Positions 39,228 to 47,831 of a DNA stretch of 64,000 nucleotides are shown here, in pieces; the stretch's first letter is position 1; each line of letters begins with the position of its first letter. Below the pieces are notes generated by a model. The model saw only the letters and a list, made by a program, of their open reading frames with translations, was not told the DNA's origin and ran no database searches. The position numbers and the translations under genes are program-made. Source of the stretch: an uncultured bacterium (GTDB taxonomy: Bacteria > Hinthialibacterota > Hinthialibacteria > Hinthialibacterales > JAKPRU01); the NCBI GenBank assembly GCA_964612675.1, contig CAZTDD010000015.1:6300-70299 (forward strand), read 5' to 3'.

Positions 39228-39294
39228 GCGCTCAAAGGTACCGCACCTGCGAAATCCGTTTCTATCGCTTACACTACGCTCGGGTATTTGCGTT

Positions 39295-40416
39295 ATGGCT
39301 CTTCACATCGGCATCGACGGATCATGCATCATCGCCCAGAAAGCGGGGATCGGATTCTATGTTTCGCGTCTTCTACAGTCACTCGACGGGCTTCCCGGCG
39401 ATGAACGATACACCATTTTCACGAACAAATCACTACCCGACTTGAATCTCTCCGATCGCTTCACCATCGACCTGAGCCCCATCCGCAGCAGCACTCTCTG
39501 GGTTCAAACAATGCTGCGGCATCGACTCAGGAGAAGCCCGGTTGACGTTTTCCACAGCGGTTCCATCGGTGTCCCGCTCGGATACCGGGGAAAGACGATC
39601 ATTACGGTCCATGACTTAGCATACCTTCACTATCCGGCTCAAAAGGACATTGCAACCCGAATCCTATGGACATTCTTCGTCCCTCGGATGATCCGCCAGG
39701 CGAACCATATTCTGACCGATAGTACATTCACAAAAGAGGATGTGGTCAGTCATCTGAATGTGCCCTCCTCACGGATCACAACCATCCATCTCGCCGCCGA
39801 TCCGGTGTTCCGTCCAGTGACGGACCGAGACAGACTCGAAGAATTCCGCAAAGAGAACGGTCTAGAACGCGATTACATCTTGTTCGTCGGCACTCTTGAG
39901 CCGCGAAAGAACCTCCCGTTCTTGATGCGATGCTTCGCGGAATGTGTCCGTGAGAATAAGATCGACGGGGATCTTGTCATCGCCGGCAAACGCGGCTGGC
40001 TGTGTGAAGAGATCTTCAGAACTGCGGAAGGTCTGGAGATGGGCGAACGCATCCGGCTGATGGGCTATGTGCCCGATCAAGAACATCTGCGTCTCCTCTA
40101 TTGTGGCGCGCGCTTCTTCGTTCTGCCTTCCCTGTTGGAGGGCTTTGGATTGCCGCCATTGGAGGCAATGAACTGCGGCGTCCCTGTAATCGCCTCCAAT
40201 CGCGGATCGCTGCCTGAAGTGGTTGGAGATGCAGGATTACTTCTTGATGCGACAGATGAAGGCGCCTGGAAAGAAGCGATCGTTCGCTGGTGGAACGAAT
40301 CGGACCTGAGCGGGTGGCGAGAAAAATCCCTGCGTCGCGCGGCGGAGTTCTCGTGGGAGCGGTGCGCAAAGCAAACCTTAGAAATCTATAGAGAGGTGGC
40401 TACGAAGAAGGAATGA
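39295..40416 (+). CDS. glycosyltransferase family 4, tandem paralog of the preceding gene
   Basis: 373 aa, about 60 percent identical to 38115-39227 by eye ([28 protein letters not shown] versus [28 protein letters not shown]). [20 protein letters not shown]. Confidence 0.85.
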   Translation: MALHIGIDGSCIIAQKAGIGFYVSRLLQSLDGLPGDERYTIFTNKSLPDLNLSDRFTIDLSPIRSSTLWVQTMLRHRLRRSPVDVFHSGSIGVPLGYRGKTIITVHDLAYLHYPAQKDIATRILWTFFVPRMIRQANHILTDSTFTKEDVVSHLNVPSSRITTIHLAADPVFRPVTDRDRLEEFRKENGLERDYILFVGTLEPRKNLPFLMRCFAECVRENKIDGDLVIAGKRGWLCEEIFRTAEGLEMGERIRLMGYVPDQEHLRLLYCGARFFVLPSLLEGFGLPPLEAMNCGVPVIASNRGSLPEVVGDAGLLLDATDEGAWKEAIVRWWNESDLSGWREKSLRRAAEFSWERCAKQTLEIYREVATKKE

Positions 40417-40556
40417 CGGGCACAGTTCGTGTCGGTCTAGCGTTCGCTTTTGTATGAGCCGTTTTCGCGGTTATTGCTGCTGTTCATGGCGCCCCCCGAT
40501 CGTTGGAGCCGATGATGTGAGGAAGAAACCGTGAGTGTTCGCAGCCGGTCACTTTA

Positions 40557-40640
40557 TCGTCATCGCGAGCGAAGCGTGGCGATCTCGCCGTTGTGTGTTG
40601 CGACAATGAGATTGCTTCGCTTCGCTCGCAATGACGATAG
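40557..40640. repeat. long inverted repeat (about 28-bp arms) of the gtcatYgcgagcgaagcRtggcgatctc family
   Basis: gtcatcgcgagcgaagcgtggcgatctc (40558-40585) and its inverted partner gagattgcttcgcttcgctcgcaatgac (40601-40628). A single related unit gtcatggcgagcgaagcatggccatctc lies at 53490-53517. Confidence 0.7.
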
Positions 40641-40654
40641 GTAGTGCGTCTACC

Positions 40655-41164
40655 TCAGGACTGCAACACTTCACGGATCTGCCGAAGAGCAAAACGGCCA
40701 TCCTCTTCGTTGAGACTCTTCGTGCATCCGTCAGGAATTTCAACCTCATATCCCCGCATGATCGCGTCCGCCGATGTATATAGAATACAGATTTCTGTGA
40801 CCACGCCGGTCACGATCAATTTCTCGACTCGGAGCGACTCGAGGCGTTGCTCCAAATCGGTTCGATAGAACGAATTATACTTCGTCTTCGGGATGTAGAT
40901 GTCGGAGGAAGATGGTTTGAGCTCGTCAACGATTTCGGCACCCGTCGTGCCTTTGACGGCGTGGGGCGGCCAAATCTTGAATTCGGGATCGTCCTCGGCA
41001 TGGGCGTCGCATGGATAGAGTATCGGCAAACCGTTTTGACGCGCTTTGTCGATCTGTTCCCGAATGCAAGGGATGATCTCCTTTCCGCCGCGTACCTGCA
41101 GCTGCGCACCGTCCAACAGGAAGTCATTCAGCATGTCAATCACCAAAAGCGCCGTATTCGCCAT
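40655..41164 (-). CDS. isochorismatase-family cysteine hydrolase (nicotinamidase/pyrazinamidase-like)
   Basis: LLVIDMLNDF (catalytic Asp), K in IPKTKYNSF and Cys in GVVTEICI form the D-K-C triad. 169 aa. Confidence 0.75.
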   Translation of the reverse strand: MANTALLVIDMLNDFLLDGAQLQVRGGKEIIPCIREQIDKARQNGLPILYPCDAHAEDDPEFKIWPPHAVKGTTGAEIVDELKPSSSDIYIPKTKYNSFYRTDLEQRLESLRVEKLIVTGVVTEICILYTSADAIMRGYEVEIPDGCTKSLNEEDGRFALRQIREVLQS

Positions 41165-41286
41165 GGCAGCACCTCCACCAATGAGTCCGTTTCTATAATG
41201 AGATTACGAAAGCCTCGGCTCGGTCCAAACGGAACGTTTGGATGTCCCTTTCGATAAACCGGATCATGCTTTCGCATAAAGAGCGA

Positions 41287-42117
41287 CTATTCGTTCGCCA
41301 AATCTTTGGAAAGCGACTCTCTCGTGGGATGGGGCGAACCTCGGTGACACATGCTGCACGAGATCGCATTCGCCTGGACGATCTTCTTCGGGTACGCCGC
41401 CTCCATAAGCAACCGGTTGAGGCGAATGAGTTGGACACCGCGTGGCTGACTGGCAATCAACGCCTGGATATCATCGCTCAGCTCGATACCTGTGAATCTC
41501 CTATCGCTGTAAAGACTGGGGCCTCTCAGTATCCGATTCAACTCGAGAATCAACGCTTCCCGCATGAGTTTCGAGGCGGGTGCGGTCTCGTCAAATTCGT
41601 TGAGCAGCTCCTGCGTATCCTCGTACAGCTGTTCATAAATGTATTTGGATAACGGGTCGTTTTCATCTGCTTCCCGCAGTTCGACGGCGAGTCCTGCGGC
41701 ATCCCGCAAATCCCCCATCTCAAAGAGCGAATACCCGATCAGGCCGCTGAGATAATCGTCTTTTTCGAAGTACTCATTGACTCCATATACCATACGGATC
41801 ATTTTCCGAGTCGCATTCTTGTGCTCAGCGCGGTTCAGTCTCGGGTCATCCACAGCGAAATCATCGAGGTTGTGACAGTAAACACAGCTGACTCCGAGGG
41901 TCCTCATGATTCCTTGCATATACGCGAGTAGATCGTATTGGTCGTCATATGGGAGGACTTTGAGATTCTCGCCTGCGCCTCCGACCCGGCCCACAGGAAC
42001 TGGAGTGTCGTCAAACCAGGAAAAGGGCTTCTCTTCCTGCGCACCCACTTGCACAAACGCGAAGCAAGCGAGGATGAGCAAACCGAAACACAGCACCATA
42101 CGAGTCATAGTACACAC
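41287..42117 (-). CDS. secreted diheme c-type cytochrome
   Basis: Signal peptide MVLCFGLLILACFAFVQVGA. Two CxxCH heme-binding motifs (CVYCHN and CSMCHRG). Confidence 0.65.
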   Translation of the reverse strand: MCTMTRMVLCFGLLILACFAFVQVGAQEEKPFSWFDDTPVPVGRVGGAGENLKVLPYDDQYDLLAYMQGIMRTLGVSCVYCHNLDDFAVDDPRLNRAEHKNATRKMIRMVYGVNEYFEKDDYLSGLIGYSLFEMGDLRDAAGLAVELREADENDPLSKYIYEQLYEDTQELLNEFDETAPASKLMREALILELNRILRGPSLYSDRRFTGIELSDDIQALIASQPRGVQLIRLNRLLMEAAYPKKIVQANAISCSMCHRGSPHPTRESLSKDLANE

Positions 42118-42397
42118 CTCAGAATCCCATCATGTCCTTTGAAAGGCACAGTATCCGAAGCGTTTTGATATGTCAAAGCCAGAAGGAATGCGATCAGTTT
42201 GTTTGGTCGTGTACCTGTGTGGGCTTCGTCCGTCTTGACCGTCTCCGCAGCATGACATACGCTACGAAACCGATATGTTGTTAAACGATTAGCTATAGTG
42301 AAATCAGCCGAATAGGAAAGAGTCGGTCCTGTTTCCGGTCGCCGAAAGACGATAATTCAGAAACCGGACACCAAACCGTTCGAAGAGAGAACATACA

Positions 42398-43699
42398 ATG
42401 GATGTACCGATATATCGTTGGAAGAAAACCTCCGACGCCGACAAAGAACGAATCCTTCGCCGGTCCGGAGAGGATATTGAGCGGTTCGAGGAAGATGCTC
42501 GAAAGATCATCGAGGAAGTCCGCCAGAAAGGTGACGAGGCCCTTATCGATCAAGCCAAACGGTTCGACCGGGCGGATTTGAGCGGCGGGGGCATCCGCGT
42601 ATCCGAAGCGGAAATCGAGAAAGCCGCCGGTCGTCTCGATCCCAAGGTCAAAGACGCCATCGACCGTTCCTATGACAACATCCGCCGGTTCCACGAGTGC
42701 CAGAAACCGGAGGAGTACTGGACAACGGAGGTTGAGCCCGGCCTATTCGCGGGCGAAAAGGTCACTCCGATTCCAAGCGTCGCGGCGTATGTTCCACGGG
42801 GAACAGCGGCGTATCCCTCTGTCATGCTGATGCTTGGCATCCCAGCCGCCGTCGCGGGCGTCCCGCGTATCGTTGCGGTGTCCCCGCCCTGCGAGGACGG
42901 AACCATCGACGATGGAACGCTGTATGCCGCACAGAAAATCGGAATCACGGAAATCCTACGTATGGGGGGCGCGGGCGCGGTAGCGGCCTTGGCGTTTGGA
43001 ACGGAGACGGTTCAACCCGTCCTCAAACTCGTTGGACCGACCAATATTTACGGAGCAGCCGCGAAAAAACTGCTGTACGGAAAGATCGACGTCGGCACAC
43101 CCGCGGGTCCCAGCGAGGCGATCATTCTAGCCGACGACAGCGTCTCTCCGAAACTGGCAGCCTCCGACCTGTTGATCGAAGCGGAACACGGTCCTTATTC
43201 AGCCGCGCTGCTCGTTACGCCGGATGAGTCCTTCGGCAGAGAGGTCGCCAAAGAGACTACAGAACTCATCAACCAATTGCCCGAGAAGCAGCAAGAGTTC
43301 ACGTCTCGCGTCCTGACCAATTATGGAGGAATCGTTTTGGTCGATACTTTGGACGAGGCCTGCGACTTCGTGAACGAGTACGCCCCGGAACACCTAGAGG
43401 TTCTCACACGCGAACCGCATGCCTTGCTCGGGAAGCTCACCAACGCCGGCGAGATCATGCTCGGGACCTATACGGCCATCTCGCTATGTAACTTCTCCGT
43501 GGGTGTGAATGCGATCCTGCCGACGGGTGGAAGAGCCAAAACGTCGTCGGTCGTCACGGTTCACGATTTCATGAAGCGAACGTCCGTAAGTTATGTAACA
43601 AAAAAGGGTTTTGTATCGCTCAAAGATTGCGTTCAGACGTTTGCAACGTTCGAGGGATTTCCGGCGCACGCCAGAGCCCTCGACGCGAGAGAGGTTTGA
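42398..43699 (+). CDS. hisD: histidinol dehydrogenase
   Basis: 433 aa with HisD blocks (AAYVPRGTAAYPSVMLMLGIPAAVAGV, LVGPTNIYGAAAKKLL, AEHGPYSAALL). Confidence 0.95.
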   Translation: MDVPIYRWKKTSDADKERILRRSGEDIERFEEDARKIIEEVRQKGDEALIDQAKRFDRADLSGGGIRVSEAEIEKAAGRLDPKVKDAIDRSYDNIRRFHECQKPEEYWTTEVEPGLFAGEKVTPIPSVAAYVPRGTAAYPSVMLMLGIPAAVAGVPRIVAVSPPCEDGTIDDGTLYAAQKIGITEILRMGGAGAVAALAFGTETVQPVLKLVGPTNIYGAAAKKLLYGKIDVGTPAGPSEAIILADDSVSPKLAASDLLIEAEHGPYSAALLVTPDESFGREVAKETTELINQLPEKQQEFTSRVLTNYGGIVLVDTLDEACDFVNEYAPEHLEVLTREPHALLGKLTNAGEIMLGTYTAISLCNFSVGVNAILPTGGRAKTSSVVTVHDFMKRTSVSYVTKKGFVSLKDCVQTFATFEGFPAHARALDAREV

Positions 43700-43735
43700 C
43701 TCCCTGACCATAGACTCCTGATTGGAGAAAGAGCC

Positions 43736-44365
43736 ATGTTCAACTTCCAACCGGTCACGAAAACGCGAACATCGCAGGAAAGCAACATCACTGTCACGCT
43801 ACGAGACGGAGACCGCGATCCGGATCTCAAAGCGAAAATCAAGACACCGATCAATTTCTTCAACCACATGATTGAACAGTGGGTTTGGCGCGCCTGCCTG
43901 AATCCGGAGATCAGCGTCGAACTAACCGGGTATCGCCTCGATCACGTAATCTGTGAAGACACCGGAATTTGTCTTGGTGAGTGCCTGGCGGGCGTTGTAG
44001 AACAGATTTTCGAGGCTGACGGAGCCAACGGCAGCGGTGTGGCATATGGCATGATCGATGAAGCGATGGCTCGAGCGGGGATTTCGTTCGAGTATCGGGT
44101 TGGTTTCATCCTTCGGGGGGGAGATGTCCGAATCCCGGATCGGTCGGAGGATATCGCCTCGGCCGATCTGATCGCCTTCCTGGGAGGCATCGCACAGGGC
44201 GCAAGGGCCACGATTCAAATCGACCTGATGGCGGCCGAAGATCCACACCACTTGTGGGAAGCGGTGTTTCGTGCGGTGGGCGAAGCGACACGAGCCGCCC
44301 TATCTCCCTGCCCCTGGCGCAAAGGTACCCGGCCGGGCGTTGCGGGGAAGATTCAGACAGAATGA
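43736..44365 (+). CDS. hisB: imidazoleglycerol-phosphate dehydratase
   Basis: IGPD signatures (FFNHMIEQWVWRACLN, EDTGICLGECLAG, HHLWEAVFRAVGEATRAAL). 209 aa. Confidence 0.9.
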   Translation: MFNFQPVTKTRTSQESNITVTLRDGDRDPDLKAKIKTPINFFNHMIEQWVWRACLNPEISVELTGYRLDHVICEDTGICLGECLAGVVEQIFEADGANGSGVAYGMIDEAMARAGISFEYRVGFILRGGDVRIPDRSEDIASADLIAFLGGIAQGARATIQIDLMAAEDPHHLWEAVFRAVGEATRAALSPCPWRKGTRPGVAGKIQTE

Positions 44366-44402
44366 AGCGTTAAAGGATGGAGAACCCGGGAAGGCAACTC
44401 TA

Positions 44403-44660
44403 TCACTGTCTATCGAGTACGTCGTGCGTTCCAATCGTGTGCAAAACGTAAGTATCGCCCTCCATCTCAAACAGAAGACGATAATGGATTGTCACGCGCA
44501 GTTCCCAGCGATTCGAGCGTCCCTTCAGTTTTCGGACCCGCAGTGACGGATGATGCGGATCGTCAAGCAGCAATCTGATCTGCTTTTTTGTCCTTTCTCT
44601 GATCTCGGGTGGAAGTTTCTTGTAAAGCGAGTTGAACCTCTTCGTTCGGCGTATTCGCAT
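44403..44660 (-). CDS. type II toxin, RelE/ParE superfamily
   Basis: 85 aa: KKLPPEIRERTKKQIRLLLDDPHHPSLRVRKLKGRSNRWELRVTIHYRLLFEMEGDTYVLHTIGTHDVL has a RelE/ParE-like profile. It lies 8 nt downstream of the antitoxin gene. Confidence 0.75.
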   Translation of the reverse strand: MRIRRTKRFNSLYKKLPPEIRERTKKQIRLLLDDPHHPSLRVRKLKGRSNRWELRVTIHYRLLFEMEGDTYVLHTIGTHDVLDRQ

Positions 44661-44668
44661 CCGCTTAC

Positions 44669-45109
44669 TCAGGCTTCGCTTTCGAGTTTCTCCAGATCCG
44701 CAATGAGTTCGTCCGCCGACTGAGCGTCCCCCTCAAAGCGACCTTCTTGTTTGTCGCGCTCTGAGGCACGTTCATTCTCTTGCCATTCTTCCGTCCAGAA
44801 ATACGCCTGATCGTGCTCAATCAACCCGGCCTTTATTGCAGCCTCGATCTCTTCTCTCTCCAGTCCACGCGAGTTTAGAGGATCATCGTTGATTCTCTTT
44901 ATCTTCTCAGTAGCGGACGCAAGAAGCTTGTTTTCGTGCGGAGAAAGTGTTGGGCTATCACTAGAAAAACAGGATTCTTTCGGAGTTAACACGATCTTGC
45001 CATGTTCCACTTCCGCATCCAGAATATCGCCTTCCTTGAGTCCCACCATGCGGGAGATATCTTCCGGAATCGTGATCTTTCTTTTCGAAGAAACTCGGAT
45101 GGTCGACAT
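44669..45109 (-). CDS. antitoxin with N-terminal SpoVT/AbrB (MazE-like) swapped-hairpin domain and acidic C-terminal extension
   Basis: MSTIRVSSKRKITIPEDISRMVGLKEGDILDAEVEHGKIVLTP is the AbrB/MazE DNA-binding motif. The C-terminal half is acidic. Confidence 0.65.
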   Translation of the reverse strand: MSTIRVSSKRKITIPEDISRMVGLKEGDILDAEVEHGKIVLTPKESCFSSDSPTLSPHENKLLASATEKIKRINDDPLNSRGLEREEIEAAIKAGLIEHDQAYFWTEEWQENERASERDKQEGRFEGDAQSADELIADLEKLESEA

Positions 45110-45225
45110 CAACACATGCTCCTCGGTCGAAGAACGCTTAATACAGTCTATGACTTCGCCTCGAAAGAGACTCTCGACTCCTATGGTACCACCCCGGATA
45201 CACTCCGTTAACTGTCAGACTTTCC

Positions 45226-46647
45226 TCACCGCAACAGCTGCCGTTTCGCCTTGTCCATTATCTCGTCGAGGGCTTCATCCGACGGGGCTTCAACATAGAC
45301 CCGGAACAAGGGTTCCGTTCCCGACGGGCGCAGCAAAAGCCAGCTTCCGTCCTCCATAAAGTACTTGAAGCCGTCGATGGTAAGTGTACGTTCGACCTTG
45401 CGCCCGGCGATGCTCTTGACCTGCTTCGAGTTCAGCTTGTCGAGAACGGTTTCCATCTTCTCCGGCGTCAACCGGGAATCCTCCCGCCGGAACGCGTGAT
45501 ACCCGATCTTCTTGTACAATTCTTCGCGGATCTGCGACAGCGGTTTCTTGCGCATCGCCATCATCTGGAGAATCAGCAGCGCAGCAAGCGATCCATCACG
45601 CTCGGGGATATGCCCTTTCATCGAGTATCCCCCGCTCTCTTCGCCGCCAATCAACACCTCGCGCTCCAACATCAGATCGCAAACATACTTGAAGCCCACT
45701 GCAACTTCTTGCAGCTCCAGACCGTACACCTCGCAAAGCCTGTCGAGCATGCTTGTGCTCGATACTGTTTTGACTACTTCACCGGACATTTTCAAGTCTT
45801 CATAAACATGCATCAATAACAGAGCGAAGACATCCTGAGTCGTGAGCCAATTTCCTTTCTCATCTACGACCCCGATCCGGTCCGCGTCTCCATCCAAAGC
45901 GAACCCAACATCCGCTTTGGATTTTTTCACAGCGTCACAGAGGGGTATTAGGTTCTTTCCGATTGGCTCCGGGTGCAGTCCTCCGAAGGATGGATTGTTC
46001 TCCCCATGAATCTCTTCGACGTCTAATCCCCAGGAAGCCAGATGGGGCGCAAGGAGGCCGACACCTGAACCATACATCGCATCCACCACAACTCGAGGCT
46101 TGAGACGCTTAATCCGCGATACCTTCACAAAACCCGTAATTGCCTTCAGATAGCGTTCTTTTGGATCGAAAAACTGAACGAGTTTCCCCTTTTGGGCTTC
46201 GTCGATGGGCATCCAGCCGGGGAGTTTTCCTTTTTCACGAAGCTCGTTCGCGCGTTTTTCAACCTTACGTGTAATATCCGGGCTGATAGGTCCACCGAAA
46301 GGCCCTTTGAGCTTGATGCCGTTATACTCTGCAGGGTTGTGACTGGCTGTCACCATAAATCCACCGACTGTTTTTCGTGTGTAGGTTTCGAGAGAAAGGG
46401 AAGGCGTTCCCGAGACATCGTCGGACACGATAGTCCGCAATCCTTTCGCTGCTGCGACGCCGGCGATTTCATGGGCATACTCGCGGGAAAGAAAACGGCG
46501 GTCATAACCGATCGTCGCAGGTTTGCCCTTTCCAGAGCGTTTGAAATACTCCGTAGCAGCAGCAGCCACATAGCGCACATTATCAAAGGTAAACTGGCGG
46601 CTGATGACAGCGCGCCATCCATCGGTACCGAAGACGATGTTGTCCAT
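45226..46647 (-). CDS. phosphoglucomutase/phosphomannomutase family protein
   Basis: FGTDGWRAVI N-terminus. The active-site Ser loop TASHNPAEYNGIKL is present. 473 aa. Confidence 0.9.
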   Translation of the reverse strand: MDNIVFGTDGWRAVISRQFTFDNVRYVAAAATEYFKRSGKGKPATIGYDRRFLSREYAHEIAGVAAAKGLRTIVSDDVSGTPSLSLETYTRKTVGGFMVTASHNPAEYNGIKLKGPFGGPISPDITRKVEKRANELREKGKLPGWMPIDEAQKGKLVQFFDPKERYLKAITGFVKVSRIKRLKPRVVVDAMYGSGVGLLAPHLASWGLDVEEIHGENNPSFGGLHPEPIGKNLIPLCDAVKKSKADVGFALDGDADRIGVVDEKGNWLTTQDVFALLLMHVYEDLKMSGEVVKTVSSTSMLDRLCEVYGLELQEVAVGFKYVCDLMLEREVLIGGEESGGYSMKGHIPERDGSLAALLILQMMAMRKKPLSQIREELYKKIGYHAFRREDSRLTPEKMETVLDKLNSKQVKSIAGRKVERTLTIDGFKYFMEDGSWLLLRPSGTEPLFRVYVEAPSDEALDEIMDKAKRQLLR

Positions 46648-46775
46648 CCTATTCCTCCGTGGGTCAAACGCTTTATGATAAGCCTCTTAAGGGAAACGAT
46701 AGAGTAAGTCTCAAGGGAACTGAAGTCCGACGCGAGTCGGTCGGCCCGCTTAAGCTGAGTCGAAAGGCGTTTGCC

Positions 46776-47795
46776 ATGTGTACGGACGATCTATCCTACG
46801 TATTGGAAATGTGGCCGATCTCCGACGATACGGACGATCACATCTCCTCCCATCACTTGCTTCTTAGAGACCATGTTCGGAACCAGGCGTTCCAGCGAGC
46901 AATTCACCGAACGGTGAATCCGGGGGATATCGTCGTTGAGATCGGCGGAGGAACAGGAATTCTCTCGGCATTTGCGCTCCAGGCCGGAGCGAAACATGTC
47001 TACCTGATCGAATCGGAGGATGTGATCTCGTGTGCGCAAAAGATTCTGCGCAGAGGCGGCTGGAAGAAACGCATCACCTGCATTCGAAGCCGGGCGGAAG
47101 CTGTTCGGTTCACCGGACGTCGCGCAGACGTAATCATCGCCGAGCTGATTGGCTCCTTCGGCGTGGACGAGAACATTCTCGAGGTTGTGCCGCTTGTACG
47201 AAATCGCGCTTTGAAGAGAAAAGGCACAGTGATCCCAAACCGTCTACAGCTCTTCATCGCCCCAATCTCCTACCCACCATTGGAGCAGGAACTGGAGCTA
47301 TATCGGAGTGTCCGGCACGGGGTGGATTTGTCGCCTTTAGCGACTCTGGCAGACAATAATCTGTATATGGTCGATCTTCGCAACGCGCAGTTTTTAGCCG
47401 CCCCCGTTCAGCTTATTGAATTCGATCTTCTTACATGGTCCGACAATACGTTTGAGCGTAGCGTCCGTTTCACTATCGACAGACCAGGTACTCTGATCGG
47501 TTTTGCCGGTTGGTTTGAGATGTCTCTTTCCGAAGGAATCTCACTCTCGAATGAGCCCACAGGCAACCAGACCCATTGGGATCAAGTCATCTTTCCCATC
47601 GGAGACCCCGCGCGTCTGAAGAAAAACGACCGCGTCTCGTTTCATTTGCATTACGAAACTCCAAAAGGAGGCGACGAGTGGAAATGGTCCGGGACTATTC
47701 AAAGTCGTGAAGGCAAACGCCGTTTCTGTTTGTCAAGCGAGAACCGCTTCCCATTTACGAGAATCAGCTCGCGAAAGACCTTGCGAATGGGATAG
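46776..47795 (+). CDS. protein arginine N-methyltransferase-like (PRMT-type class I SAM methyltransferase)
   Basis: Motif I VVEIGGGTGILSAFA, double-E-like loop ADVIIAELIGSFGVDE and THW loop THWDQVIFPI. The six-frame ORF starts at 46659, but the ATG at 46776 is preferred. Confidence 0.65.
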   Translation: MCTDDLSYVLEMWPISDDTDDHISSHHLLLRDHVRNQAFQRAIHRTVNPGDIVVEIGGGTGILSAFALQAGAKHVYLIESEDVISCAQKILRRGGWKKRITCIRSRAEAVRFTGRRADVIIAELIGSFGVDENILEVVPLVRNRALKRKGTVIPNRLQLFIAPISYPPLEQELELYRSVRHGVDLSPLATLADNNLYMVDLRNAQFLAAPVQLIEFDLLTWSDNTFERSVRFTIDRPGTLIGFAGWFEMSLSEGISLSNEPTGNQTHWDQVIFPIGDPARLKKNDRVSFHLHYETPKGGDEWKWSGTIQSREGKRRFCLSSENRFPFTRISSRKTLRMG

Positions 47796-47831
47796 ATCGT
47801 CTTTCGAAGATGCGCCTTTCAACGGAAGACC

